Positions 52,219-62,860 are shown, counted from the first letter of the stretch. The stretch: DNA of 64,000 nt from Blastochloris sp. (GCA_034440395.1 JAWXBW010000009.1:6530-70529), one strand, 5' to 3'. Translations and numbers: made by a program. The notes: generated by a model not told the origin, from the sequence alone.

Positions 52219-53389
52219 GATTGGTTTTCTGTTGTTTGACAAGGTTGTAAAATAGCCGTTTCGTACGTTCAATGGCAATCTTAGTATTACCATAAAATGG
52301 AAAGCCAGAGCTAAGCGAACTTGGTATCCATTCAAGTGCAAAAATTTGATTACCTTGCGGCCAGAGGTAACTCCCCAGAAAGTCGCCTGTTTTTAAATCT
52401 AAAGCATGAATACCACAGCAACATTTTTCAGGATTTAGGCCAGGAGCGTAGTGTTGGAAGCGAGGCAGCACACGCGAGGTGCCAACAAAAACTACATCCT
52501 GACAGAAACTCAGGCCTCGCGTCCAACCAGGCAGTGTTTGCCGAATTTTATAGCTTCCGTTTTGGACGGTTCCGAAAGTACCATAACCACTGTTGTTGAC
52601 CCAGAGTTTCTTTTTGAAGAGTCGCGCTGAGTGTGGCCGTGTCAGCCCGGAGACGATAGGAATTTTAGTTTCCCCAGAAAAAATAACCCCACGTCCATCA
52701 ACTGGAAAATTTAGGTGTCCCGGTCTCCGGCTGCTAGGTGCGGCAACAGACGCTGAAAAAAAGGAGCTTTGCAGGTCTTTGCCTGCGGCGATGGAATTAA
52801 GTTGAAGATAGTTTAGGTCAAAGGCTCCGGCATATTTATCAAGGCAGTGGGGCCACCAAACACGTTGCCAAGAACCATCTTCTTCTAAGCGTATGACGGC
52901 ATTTTGTCCCACGGCATTCGCATGCAGGTGACCTCCGATAAAAGCCAAGTCATGAATGTACGTTTTTCCTGGATAGAACCAGCTGCGAGTAGGTATGAGC
53001 AGATGATCTTTTTCTGTTGAGGGTGAAAGTTCAAAAACTTGATTCGGATTGCGTGTGCAGGCGACGTAAATATTTTTGGTGTCAGGTTTGAAGGCTAATC
53101 CAGAAGGATGGGGTAATCGGAGGTAAGAAATCCTAGGGTTTCCTTGCGGCATGGAAAAAGATTGAATCAGGTGTTCGTACTCACGCGTAGCGAGGAGTGT
53201 GATTTTAAGTTTTTCTATCACTTCCCACCATTGTCCGTAGGCTTTACCTTCTAAAAGTCCTGGAGAAACTTTCCCTGCATCACTCCAAAAAGAAAGAGCT
53301 TCAGCAGGGTGACGCCATTCACGACTGTGTGCCTCCCAGAGGCTTTCTTTTGTTGATTCTTTCATGAGGGTAGACGAAGTTGCCACCAT
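52205..53389 (-). CDS. TIGR03032/DUF4915-like beta-propeller protein
   Basis: PTRSWFYPG...IHDL, QLNSIA, GLTRPHSAR, PGWTRGL, VGTS. Confidence 0.75.
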   Translation of the reverse strand: MVATSSTLMKESTKESLWEAHSREWRHPAEALSFWSDAGKVSPGLLEGKAYGQWWEVIEKLKITLLATREYEHLIQSFSMPQGNPRISYLRLPHPSGLAFKPDTKNIYVACTRNPNQVFELSPSTEKDHLLIPTRSWFYPGKTYIHDLAFIGGHLHANAVGQNAVIRLEEDGSWQRVWWPHCLDKYAGAFDLNYLQLNSIAAGKDLQSSFFSASVAAPSSRRPGHLNFPVDGRGVIFSGETKIPIVSGLTRPHSARLFKKKLWVNNSGYGTFGTVQNGSYKIRQTLPGWTRGLSFCQDVVFVGTSRVLPRFQHYAPGLNPEKCCCGIHALDLKTGDFLGSYLWPQGNQIFALEWIPSSLSSGFPFYGNTKIAIERTKRLFYNLVKQQKTNHAKF

Positions 53390-54057
53390 AATCGCAGAGC
53401 ACCCAGATAAAGGCGTCTAGCACTGCGCCAACTTGTGGTGGACTTACCTCCATGGCGCCCATGGGAAAAGATGGGTATTTCAAGAACGGGTTGATTTGTT
53501 CTACGGCAGACGATATTAAATTCGAGATCAATCAGATCGGAATTTTCTTGTAGTTCTTGCCATCCACAAAATTTTCTAGAGAAAACTTTTGGGGTCCCAT
53601 TAATGTCCCAATAGGAAAGATCAAACAAGGCGCGGCACTGGAGGTTGTAAAGCAAAGAGCCTAGTCGCCTAACCCAATTATCTCGGATTTTACGATTAGC
53701 TTTAATCACTGCATTTGGGAAAGTTTGACTATAAAGCAGGAGCAAGACGAGAACATCTGGGGTGGTTCTGGCCAAGTTAGTGTAGCATAGAATATCTCCC
53801 CTCGCTACAGATAGCCCTAGGCGAACTGCCGACCCCCAGCCTTGTTGAGGGCTTTCTATGTGCCTGATTTGAGGGATTTTTTTTTCAAGTTCGAAACATA
53901 ACTTAACGGAATTATCGCGGCAGCCATTAGTCACGAGAATTATTTCGTAAGGAAAATTTAGACGATCTAATGCCTGAGAGTACTCACTAATCACAGAGGT
54001 AATGTGATCCTCTTGATTATAAACGGGTAGTACCACAGAAAAAACAACATCCTTCAT
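53362..54057 (-). CDS. GT2 glycosyltransferase (polyprenol-phosphate glycosyltransferase-like)
   Basis: SVVLPVYNQ, NGCRD, GWGSAVRLG, EIPI. Confidence 0.85.
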   Translation of the reverse strand: MKDVVFSVVLPVYNQEDHITSVISEYSQALDRLNFPYEIILVTNGCRDNSVKLCFELEKKIPQIRHIESPQQGWGSAVRLGLSVARGDILCYTNLARTTPDVLVLLLLYSQTFPNAVIKANRKIRDNWVRRLGSLLYNLQCRALFDLSYWDINGTPKVFSRKFCGWQELQENSDLIDLEFNIVCRRTNQPVLEIPIFSHGRHGGKSTTSWRSARRLYLGALRLWWQLRLPS

Positions 54058-54980
54058 GTAGCTGATTTTAGTTCCTGTAATATCCGTTTAACCATAGAGT
54101 GTGGGTCAATCCCAGACTTGATGTGCAAACTTTCCGTATTTCCTGTTCTGCCATTAGGCAAGGCCTCAACACCGCAACGCACCAAACGGCAATCCAACTT
54201 TTTTTCGGCAATAATTTCGGCAGCTAAGCTGCCCAAGCCTCCAGTGATATAGTGGTTTTCAAGCGTAAAAATAGTGCCTGTTTTGCACATGAATTCTGTT
54301 AGATCCTCCACGGGTGGTGGCGAAACAGAAGCAACTGCGACAACACCACAGGACAACTGTTGCTGCTCTAAGAGATCAGAAATTTTTAAAGCGTCTGAAG
54401 ACATCGTTCCTAAAGCTAGAATACCGACTTGTGCGGGCGGCCTTAAAACATGAGCACCGCCTAATACAAACCTACCATCTAGTCCCTGAACTATAGTTGT
54501 ATCGTCCTTGCTGAGCCTATAATAAACAGGCTCAGGAATGTCCCAAGTTCGTAAAAAAGCTGTTTCTGCTTGCTGATAATCGCAGGGACTAATGATGTGA
54601 ATGCCCGGTTGGCAGCGGAGACTGCCGATGTCATCTATACCATAATGAGTTAGCCCATTGTTACCGTAGTCGAAACCAGCACCAATACCGACAATACGAA
54701 CGGGAAGTCGGTGATAGATGGGGCCGTTTCGAATAAACTCTAGAGGACGTAATACGCAAAAAGGTGCTATAGAATACACGTAGGGAATGTAGCCATCTTT
54801 AGCCAATCCTGAGGCTAAGCCCAACATATTTTGCTCAGCAACCCCGACGTTGAAGAAACGCTTAGGAAACTCATCAGCAAAAGGCTCAAGAGCCATAAAG
54901 CCCAGATCACCAGTTAAGAGGATAATGCGGTCATCTTGGCGTGCCAGCCGTATCAATGTCTGAACAAAGGCTTTCCTCAT
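54054..54980 (-). CDS. transketolase-like protein, C-terminal subunit
   Basis: GDLG, NVGVAEQNM, GLTH, GGLGS. Confidence 0.93.
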   Translation of the reverse strand: MRKAFVQTLIRLARQDDRIILLTGDLGFMALEPFADEFPKRFFNVGVAEQNMLGLASGLAKDGYIPYVYSIAPFCVLRPLEFIRNGPIYHRLPVRIVGIGAGFDYGNNGLTHYGIDDIGSLRCQPGIHIISPCDYQQAETAFLRTWDIPEPVYYRLSKDDTTIVQGLDGRFVLGGAHVLRPPAQVGILALGTMSSDALKISDLLEQQQLSCGVVAVASVSPPPVEDLTEFMCKTGTIFTLENHYITGGLGSLAAEIIAEKKLDCRLVRCGVEALPNGRTGNTESLHIKSGIDPHSMVKRILQELKSAT

Positions 54981-55756
54981 ACTCCTCCACCCAGCTCTTC
55001 CATAGCAGCGTGATAGTCAAGTTCAGAAAGTGGCAGATAATGCCATTTGATTTGATTTTCCATGAAAGAAACTCCTTTACCAAAGATGGTTTTAGCAAGC
55101 AGGACTTTGGGTTTGGTTCCTATCTTGGCCGCTGATGAACACAATGCCGCTAAGTCGTGTCCGTCTACCTCCACAGCGTCCCAACCAAATGCTGCCCAGC
55201 GTTCCACTAAATTAAGCTGATTTAAGATGGTGCTTGTTTTACCTAAAGCCTGCTGACCATTCCAATCTACAATAACAGTAAGATTGCTCAACTTATGATG
55301 CCCAGCAAACATGGCAGCTTCCCAAACGGACCCTTCATTGCACTCCGCATCACTTAAAAGTGCATAAACCTTGCGGTCATTGTTCTTCAAGCGGCTGGCT
55401 AGAGCCAAACCGCTAGCTACAGGTAGTCCCTGACCGAGAGACCCCGTGCTCCATTCAACTCCAGAAAGCTCATGTTCAGGATGGACACCCAGCAAACTAT
55501 TTTCATCGCAATAACTATTAAGCTGATTGCGTGTTAACCAGCCTTTCAAAAAAAGAGAAGCGTAAAGAGCTAGCGCGGCGTGACCCTTAGAAAGCACAAA
55601 ATAATCTCGTAACGAATCCTTTGGGCCTGATGCTCTTAAAAGCGTTCCGTAAATAGCACACACTATCTCCGCTATAGATAAAGAACATCCAATATGGCCG
55701 TGATGTGAACGGTAAGATTGCTCTATTACTATCCGTCTGATTTCTTTTCCAGTCAC
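54977..55756 (-). CDS. transketolase-like protein, N-terminal ThDP-binding subunit
   Basis: GHIG, LSKGH, TGSLGQG, SDAECNEG, DGHD. Confidence 0.93.
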   Translation of the reverse strand: MTGKEIRRIVIEQSYRSHHGHIGCSLSIAEIVCAIYGTLLRASGPKDSLRDYFVLSKGHAALALYASLFLKGWLTRNQLNSYCDENSLLGVHPEHELSGVEWSTGSLGQGLPVASGLALASRLKNNDRKVYALLSDAECNEGSVWEAAMFAGHHKLSNLTVIVDWNGQQALGKTSTILNQLNLVERWAAFGWDAVEVDGHDLAALCSSAAKIGTKPKVLLAKTIFGKGVSFMENQIKWHYLPLSELDYHAAMEELGGGV

Positions 55757-55800
55757 TGTTGAAGTCTTCCAGTTAGCAAGGATCTGCCAATATTAAAGTG

Positions 55801-57810
55801 TTAAGGTGTTAACTTAATTTCGAAGAGATGTACGCAGGTCGGTTCTTGTACATTTACAGCAAATACCTCTATGCGAAGACGTTCTACTTGAATAGAGCCA
55901 AGATCCAGAGTTATGACTGGAGCGCTGGAACTAATTTGCCGGCCAGCTTGAAACTTAAGGGGTTTCCCCGTGGCCTTGGGATATGCTAAAATCGTGATTT
56001 CGTACATCTCGTTTCGTAGGTAAACGGCCGCTGAAGATACTTTTTGAGCTTTCGGAAATCGGAGATCCACAACAAAAGGATTGGCTTCTTTTCCTCGTAT
56101 AACAGACTCCGTATTGCCGTCGAACAAGCCAGCCGCAGACCCTATATCAACTGGTGAACACCCTACTTGAGTGAGCTGATTAAGAACGATAAAACTACTT
56201 TGAATAAGCTGTTTTCTCCTTTCCAAATCTTCAGAAAATAGCTCTTTAACATTATCCACATATTGCAGCCGCAGAAAGATGAAGCCTGGCTCCCCATTGG
56301 GAAATTTAAGAATAAAATCAGGTGAAAAAGGTTTGAACTTATTTGAAGCCAGCGTTTCGTTATACTGTTGATTCGTCAGGACAAATGCGGAGTTGGCCTG
56401 AAATGGACGGTAGTAATCTGTAAATTGCGTGATATCCAAAACAGACACGTCGGTAGATGAATCAAAAAATTCAATTAAATTATCAACACCGTTAGCCCAT
56501 CTGGAACTTACAAAAAGGACTGGGGGCTGATATTTTTTGAGATAGGCTGGTATAGCCTCAACTAGAAGCTGCCGAGATCCCCACTGCAACTGATACATAC
56601 CGTAATCAGTATACCACGTCGGTCCGTTCTTTAGAGCATCAGTCAGCATACGAAATGACGCTGCTGAAAGGACAAATGCGAGGACACAGCTCACTAATTT
56701 TTCATAACTTCGTAGCCAAGAACTCTGTAAAATAATGTTAACGCAAAGTGATATAAGAATTGTTGCGGGAACAATAAAAACAAGAATCCGTACAATCCCA
56801 GTGCTCACTAACGCTGCGCCTATAGGAGCCACTATTATTGCAATGAGAAGGGCACGTGCAGAGGATTCACGAAGTCGCCGGAATAGAATAACAAGGCCAC
56901 CGGCAAAAAACGGGGCACTCCAAGTCATCAAATGAGCGTAATCTTTCATTTGATGACGAGCTAGACCTTCCTCGTTAGGGAGGAACCAAAAACGTGGGTC
57001 TAACCCATATAGATACTGACGTGAAAAAATAGTCATTTTTTCGATTAAAGGCTTGTTCTCAAACCAATAGGAATTCAATGAAGCTAATTGGCTTGCAAGA
57101 GCTTCAGGATGAGCTAGCCGGAATTGAAGGTAAGGCATGGCACACAAAACAACTATCCCTGCAGCAATCAGAGTTTGTTTCCATTGCCTTAAATGATGGC
57201 GGAAATCGGAAAGGGCTAAAAGTATTCCACTAAAAATCATGACCGACTGCCCAGCGGAATAAGAATAAAAAGTGGCTGCTCCGAAAAAAATAGACCAAAT
57301 TAAGTTCCAACCACCCTCTTCTAAATATTTAAGATAAAAATATAAAAACCAAGGGTAAAATGACGCCATGAGCACGGGATCAAAAGCGGTTCGACTGTGC
57401 AAGAACCAGCTAGGTGCTAGCGCAAGAAAAAAAGGCACTAGCCAATAATGTTTGCAGCGGAAAAACCGTCGAGCTAACAAAGCGGTTCCTAGTGCGCCCA
57501 AGACACTTATCAGGGTTACGGTTCCACGAGTTACCCATATAGACTTTCCAAAGAGAAGATAACCTGGTACCTGAAGATAGACTGCTAAAGAGGTGTTGTA
57601 ATTATGGCCCGTAGAGAAATAAGCTGGTAGCAAATGACCCTGCTCATCCCGAAAACCACGTTCGACTAGTTTTTGTGCCTGATTTGTTAATATCGCCTCA
57701 TCCGTAAAAAAATATATGGGGTAATCAGGTAAACAAATAAAGCGCGTAGCAATAAAAACTAGGAGTGAAATTAGGAATAATTGCTTGTAATTTAAAGAGG
57801 ACATTATCAT
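55801..57810 (-). CDS. GT-C (ArnT/PMT-like) membrane glycosyltransferase with C-terminal beta domain
   Basis: FTDEA after TM1; LHSR; many TMs; LFDGNTES discoidin-like tail. Confidence 0.75.
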   Translation of the reverse strand: MIMSSLNYKQLFLISLLVFIATRFICLPDYPIYFFTDEAILTNQAQKLVERGFRDEQGHLLPAYFSTGHNYNTSLAVYLQVPGYLLFGKSIWVTRGTVTLISVLGALGTALLARRFFRCKHYWLVPFFLALAPSWFLHSRTAFDPVLMASFYPWFLYFYLKYLEEGGWNLIWSIFFGAATFYSYSAGQSVMIFSGILLALSDFRHHLRQWKQTLIAAGIVVLCAMPYLQFRLAHPEALASQLASLNSYWFENKPLIEKMTIFSRQYLYGLDPRFWFLPNEEGLARHQMKDYAHLMTWSAPFFAGGLVILFRRLRESSARALLIAIIVAPIGAALVSTGIVRILVFIVPATILISLCVNIILQSSWLRSYEKLVSCVLAFVLSAASFRMLTDALKNGPTWYTDYGMYQLQWGSRQLLVEAIPAYLKKYQPPVLFVSSRWANGVDNLIEFFDSSTDVSVLDITQFTDYYRPFQANSAFVLTNQQYNETLASNKFKPFSPDFILKFPNGEPGFIFLRLQYVDNVKELFSEDLERRKQLIQSSFIVLNQLTQVGCSPVDIGSAAGLFDGNTESVIRGKEANPFVVDLRFPKAQKVSSAAVYLRNEMYEITILAYPKATGKPLKFQAGRQISSSAPVITLDLGSIQVERLRIEVFAVNVQEPTCVHLFEIKLTP

Positions 57811-58313
57811 TTACTTGGCCATGAAAATCCGAGTATTTTAGCCCATACTTGATGGATTTTAGAAAAACGGAGAGAGTTTTTATTAGCTAGTTGAAGACGA
57901 CCATTTTGCTCGCAGAGAATTTTCCAATGGAGAAGCCGCTTAATCCGCATGCTTATAATATACTGATGACTGTAGGCCTCACGCAATTCAGAAATACTCA
58001 TTGTTTTTTTTGAAAGAAGGTTCATGAGGAAGTAGCGTCTGCCTGTCTCAGAATTACAAAACATAAGAAAATAAATATGACTGAGAGAGATGATAGAGAT
58101 TAGAAGATAGGACGTGCTAGTCCAGAGGTTTGCAGTCTGCCAAAAATACAACAAGTTGATCATAGTAAAGGACAAAATCACTGAAAAGATACTTTGTAAA
58201 GCCGTTCGATGTCTTACAAACAACTGCCTATTTCTAATAGACAAACGACTGGCTACGACGTGTGTAAGGGTAACAGTCGGCAAAAAAAGAAATATTAATA
58301 ACCATGTAATCAT
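57807..58313 (-). CDS. hypothetical 3-TM protein with helical (wHTH-like) C-terminus
   Basis: Three hydrophobic segments followed by MSISELREAY...RIKRL...NGRLQL. Confidence 0.6.
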   Translation of the reverse strand: MITWLLIFLFLPTVTLTHVVASRLSIRNRQLFVRHRTALQSIFSVILSFTMINLLYFWQTANLWTSTSYLLISIISLSHIYFLMFCNSETGRRYFLMNLLSKKTMSISELREAYSHQYIISMRIKRLLHWKILCEQNGRLQLANKNSLRFSKIHQVWAKILGFSWPSK

Positions 58314-58318
58314 AGGTT

Positions 58319-58816
58319 CTAGCCTGAGCCATCAGGAAGCCTTAAAAGTTTCCTCCACTGCTTACAAATACCTGTCAGCGAACGCCCGTATCTGTCCAAT
58401 AAGAATCCAGCCTCATTTTTCAGCACCCAGTTTTCATTTAATAGGCGATTGAATGTTTCTTCACAAACCAGTTTTTCTGAAATTCTTTGCTCAAGTTGAA
58501 GAGCAGAGCTTGGACCACTTCGCTCAATTTCCAGAACGACTAAGACTGTAGGAGAACCAGCCTGCCAGGCCGGATACAGCGTAACATAGTGAGCCCCATG
58601 TAAGCATGATAAGAAAAGAAGAGCTAGAAATTCTTGGTTGGAAAAGGTTGGGTACGCTACCTTAAATACGATAACAAGAATAAGAGGAATGCCGATTACG
58701 CACAGGATGAGTGCAGGGACGTCTTTTACTGGACGAGATATTCTCCACCAAAAAACATGCACAGACAGGCCTAGAATGAAGCCAACAAAAGATAATAAAA
58801 TGACTAGACTGGTCAT
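58319..58816 (-). CDS. hypothetical 3-TM protein with helical (wHTH-like) C-terminus
   Basis: Three TMs followed by SPT...FNRLLNENWV...LDRYGRSL. Confidence 0.6.
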   Translation of the reverse strand: MTSLVILLSFVGFILGLSVHVFWWRISRPVKDVPALILCVIGIPLILVIVFKVAYPTFSNQEFLALLFLSCLHGAHYVTLYPAWQAGSPTVLVVLEIERSGPSSALQLEQRISEKLVCEETFNRLLNENWVLKNEAGFLLDRYGRSLTGICKQWRKLLRLPDGSG

Positions 58817-60987
58817 GGTGCAGGGTTATTAAGCTCAAACAGAACTAGTCGATGATCGCTTGTCCAAAGATAAGCGGGACGATCTTTTAGGCGATCCATA
58901 AGCTCTTTTTGTTTTTTGTTGCTAGCGAAAACAAGTGAGGGACTTTCCCAATCGCCCGACAAAAGATTAGCGGCTTTGATCCAGTTATAGTGATCATCAT
59001 TTTCTAAAAAAATTATTCCTTTGGTAATACCCTTCGCATTAATCGAATCCTCTAATTTTGAGTTAATCTCGTTATATCCCTCATACAAATTGATACGTGT
59101 GGGAAGACTCCAGAGAGAAGTGATCCAAAGAAACAGAATAAAAATCCAGGCAAACACCCTAGCTGACTTGATTCCGTTATCTCGAACCCAAGCTGTGAAT
59201 ACTGAAATCCCTCGTGCAGTTAAAAGCAAAAAAGCGAAAGCAGCTTCAAAATAATAACGGGGACCAAATCCATGAATACCATTATCTGCATGAAGTAGAT
59301 AAGTAATGGGAACGAAGATTATTACAGAGACAAATAGCAGATCGTAACGGTTCCATTTTTGAAATAAAAACGGAACAATTAAAAACATACAACCCAAACC
59401 TGCAATAAGAGCTGGGGGACACCAACGCCAACCCCAACCTAAAATATGAAGTGGCACAAGAGCTAGTGTGGAGTCTGCTAAAAGAAGACGTTCGGGCAGT
59501 ACTTTTAAGTTAAAGTCCAAACCCACACCAATTAAACTAAAAGCAGGTTTTAAAGCATTTCCCGTAGCTATATAATTGTCAGCCAAGTAAGGAATAATAC
59601 CCACTAAAAGTCCTGTAATAAATAATAGTGCCTGCACCCACGTAGATCGACAAAAACGTTTCTTGTACATGTTCACAAGAAAGAAAAGGCCTCCAGAAAT
59701 TAAAAATCCGATAGCAGTAAGTGGTCTTATGCCTACGGCCAGACCTATGGCCAGACCGGAAAGGATTAAAAAAAGTGGTTTTTTCTTTTCCAGTCCTACG
59801 ATTAAAGTTAAGACATATGCTATACATAAAAAATGCGTCGCAGAATGAGAAAGCATGCTTGAAGATAGGATGATCATTAACGGAGAAGTTGTTGCGAGTA
59901 GGGCAGCCGTCCAAGCCGTGACGGGATCTTTCATTTGTTTGCCGATCCAAAAAATAAGTCCCACAGCAGCGGCACCAAATACTGGAGCAACTATCCATGG
60001 CACTTTAAAAAATTCTCCGACAGCCAACATCGCCGACCAATTGACGGGGTAGCGCGTAAGAATAAGTTGTCTTTGCTCATCAAAATATAAAAAAGGGAAA
60101 TTTTCAAGGTACTCTTTGTAAAAGGGTGTGGGCTGAAACCAGTGTCCTGCTAAAAGCCACTTTGCACGGATCAAGTAACAAAGGTCGTCTTGGAAATGGG
60201 GAAGGCGTTCTAAGACGGAATATGCAGTCCAACCGAAAATCCCCAATGACGCCATGAACAGAATAAGTGCGGACATATAGCAATATTTCTGGTTACTCAT
60301 TGAAGAACTGCTGACTGCTAAGTTGATTCTTGGTGAAGAACGCAAAAACAGAAAAAAGACGGCTGCTAAAAAACAAGCAAGCGATGCACCTAGGAAATAA
60401 GGATGCAGAATATTTTTGATTGAAGAAAAAGAGGATGGATAAAATCCACCTTGCGCAAGCATAGTGCGCTCATTAGAAATTCCAAATCCGTTGGTTAATA
60501 AGCCTCGTTTAAACTCAAATTGTAATCCAGAATCATCATTTAAAATAAATCTAATTGCATGGAAAGAACGCCCTGTGATAGTGGCTTTAAGTTGAAAGGG
60601 ACCGGTAAAGTTAAGTTTTTTATAAAATACTTGCTCTTCTGATCCAGAGTAATCTACCCACCAATCTCCAACAGGAGGATAATCACGAGACTTAAAGGAA
60701 AAAGTGGCAGGTTGCGTACTTTTCCAGAGTATATTATTTCCTTGTTCTATTATAATCTGCTTATAACCAACCGAGAAGGCGGACTGAGATGTTTTGATTT
60801 CTATACTACTTAATCTATTAGCAGTGCACGGCCATTCAACGGTTTTTCCATCTACAGTGAATAAGACCTTTTCATGATCTTGGGAAATGATAATTTCCGT
60901 TTTAAGCTCAGACTTGAAGGCCAGCCATGCAAAAAAAACAGTGCAAAGGCAGCAACTAATAAAAAAGATATGCTGAGTACCCTTCAT
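58813..60987 (-). CDS. GT-C (ArnT/PMT-like) membrane glycosyltransferase
   Basis: FQDDLCY, YP, SSMLSH, IRP, GPRYY; many TMs. Confidence 0.75.
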   Translation of the reverse strand: MKGTQHIFFISCCLCTVFFAWLAFKSELKTEIIISQDHEKVLFTVDGKTVEWPCTANRLSSIEIKTSQSAFSVGYKQIIIEQGNNILWKSTQPATFSFKSRDYPPVGDWWVDYSGSEEQVFYKKLNFTGPFQLKATITGRSFHAIRFILNDDSGLQFEFKRGLLTNGFGISNERTMLAQGGFYPSSFSSIKNILHPYFLGASLACFLAAVFFLFLRSSPRINLAVSSSSMSNQKYCYMSALILFMASLGIFGWTAYSVLERLPHFQDDLCYLIRAKWLLAGHWFQPTPFYKEYLENFPFLYFDEQRQLILTRYPVNWSAMLAVGEFFKVPWIVAPVFGAAAVGLIFWIGKQMKDPVTAWTAALLATTSPLMIILSSSMLSHSATHFLCIAYVLTLIVGLEKKKPLFLILSGLAIGLAVGIRPLTAIGFLISGGLFFLVNMYKKRFCRSTWVQALLFITGLLVGIIPYLADNYIATGNALKPAFSLIGVGLDFNLKVLPERLLLADSTLALVPLHILGWGWRWCPPALIAGLGCMFLIVPFLFQKWNRYDLLFVSVIIFVPITYLLHADNGIHGFGPRYYFEAAFAFLLLTARGISVFTAWVRDNGIKSARVFAWIFILFLWITSLWSLPTRINLYEGYNEINSKLEDSINAKGITKGIIFLENDDHYNWIKAANLLSGDWESPSLVFASNKKQKELMDRLKDRPAYLWTSDHRLVLFELNNPAP

Positions 60988-61300
60988 GAGAGGCTTTAAA
61001 AAAAATAGTACGAAAATGCTTACGCAACAAAGAGTGGACTGAGTTACTCGTCGTTAAGCAGGTTCATGGACAGTGGTTGCTTTGTAGTGAATTAAGGGTT
61101 TCATGTTAAAACTGTTCCACCACGATAGCTTTATTGCAAGTAGTTTTGGCCGAGGAATGAGGGTTCACCTAATATCCATTAGCTGCACGACACTTTTTTT
61201 ACAACTTAACTTCTTGCATCCATTACGGGATTCAATGCAGATTATATTATTGAAGCTAAAAATATATTGATTTATTGCTCAACTTTATGGGTGTTTTACT

Positions 61301-62860
61301 GTGAGTGTATTTGGCATAACGTTGAAAAAGTGCTGTTCCGATAGGACAGTTCTTATCTTCGTTTTCATATTTAGCATTTCAGTATCCTTTTTAGTCCACT
61401 GGCATTCACAACGTGCTCTTTTTAATGATGAGGCTCACGAGCTGATACTTACTGAGGGTGTGCCATTAGATCGTTTCTATTTTATTTGTCCTAGCGATGC
61501 CTATCCTAGTGGCAGCGTTGCGCCCGTGGAAATGGGGCAGTTATATATTAACCGCTATTTGTTTTGGATTTTTCAAGACTATTTTGTGAAACGTGATGAT
61601 TTCTTGGTTCCTCTACATGCATTTAATACGTTGATCCTAGCGCTTTCATGCCTGTGCTTTTATTGTGCTATTAGGAAATATACTTCCCAAGGCTTGGCAG
61701 CTCTTGGAGCCGTGATGCTAGCAACTTCTTACACAGCACTGTTATTTAACCAATTCGTTACTAGGAACACGACCACCATAATATGGGGTTGCCTCTTAAT
61801 ACTTTTTCTCCCCAGCTTAATTGATGGATCACAAAAGACGTTCTCTCAAAAACTACGTGCGGCATTAATATGCGCAATTCTTGTTCTTGCTGGAATGTCA
61901 ACATTCACAAGCTATCTTTTGGCCGCTGTTGCAATTTGGACGTCTCTCGGTATCGTTTGGCTGAGATTCGACAGGAAATGGTCGAACCTTGGTTGGATTA
62001 TGTTTTCTGGATCCGTTTTTAGTTTTGGTTATCTTTTTCTCTGTTACACGAGCACTTACAGTCTGAGTGCTATTTTTTTTCGTGGCACCTATGCTATGAA
62101 TGGGATGGCGGTTTATGTTGAAAATGCGATTTTGACATTACTTTCTCCTGTTTACTATGCAACCGATGGATCCTTCTTTAAAGAAGACGTTCATATTATT
62201 TTCGGAAGGCCTTTATTAGCATTTGTGTTTGCACCATTTTATTTTATAGGCCTCGTTTATATGATATGCAGCCGACGTCCTTTGGTATTTTTGGCTGTAA
62301 TTGTCTGGGTCATTGGAGCACTGCTCTGCGCATTAAGTGGCCCTAATCCTAAATACATTTATACTTTCTTCCCGCTTATACTGCTAATTTCTTTGTTTGG
62401 AGCTAGTATTTTAAGGGTTCTTATTGCTAAACACTTGGGTAACACTGCAGCAAATGTGATTCTCGGATTATTGCTGCTTTTTGCCGTAGTAGATGATCTT
62501 AAAGACGTGTTTAACCAGCCACACGATATGGGTCGTGAAATCGTAAATACCCTTCCTAGACACGGTGCTGAACTTGCCATTAAGTCGGTTGAATCTGGGA
62601 GGGATACCTACATTTACTTTGGTCTTGGTTATGATATTCTAAACTGGTATCTGTGGCCTCGGGAGATTGGTATTAAAGTAAAGCGTTGTTCCGTCACAGA
62701 GGAGCTCCCCGCTCTTTTTCTTCAATTTCCGCCCCAACCAGACTCTGTTTTATTTGTCGACTTTCCACCAGAATCACTTCCTCAGACCCTCAAAGGCTGG
62801 ACTCCTCCTAAAGAAGTCAGTGTAGATCAGGTGAAACGGGAAGAGCTTGAGGTTCAATAA
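61301..62860 (+). CDS. GT-C-like polytopic membrane protein
   Basis: FNDEA after TM1; about 10 TMs; soluble tail. Confidence 0.6.
   Translation: MSVFGITLKKCCSDRTVLIFVFIFSISVSFLVHWHSQRALFNDEAHELILTEGVPLDRFYFICPSDAYPSGSVAPVEMGQLYINRYLFWIFQDYFVKRDDFLVPLHAFNTLILALSCLCFYCAIRKYTSQGLAALGAVMLATSYTALLFNQFVTRNTTTIIWGCLLILFLPSLIDGSQKTFSQKLRAALICAILVLAGMSTFTSYLLAAVAIWTSLGIVWLRFDRKWSNLGWIMFSGSVFSFGYLFLCYTSTYSLSAIFFRGTYAMNGMAVYVENAILTLLSPVYYATDGSFFKEDVHIIFGRPLLAFVFAPFYFIGLVYMICSRRPLVFLAVIVWVIGALLCALSGPNPKYIYTFFPLILLISLFGASILRVLIAKHLGNTAANVILGLLLLFAVVDDLKDVFNQPHDMGREIVNTLPRHGAELAIKSVESGRDTYIYFGLGYDILNWYLWPREIGIKVKRCSVTEELPALFLQFPPQPDSVLFVDFPPESLPQTLKGWTPPKEVSVDQVKREELEVQ

Noticed and set aside
54054-55756. 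Housekeeping pentose-phosphate transketolase
   Set aside because: Split form embedded in a glycan operon fits sugar modification better
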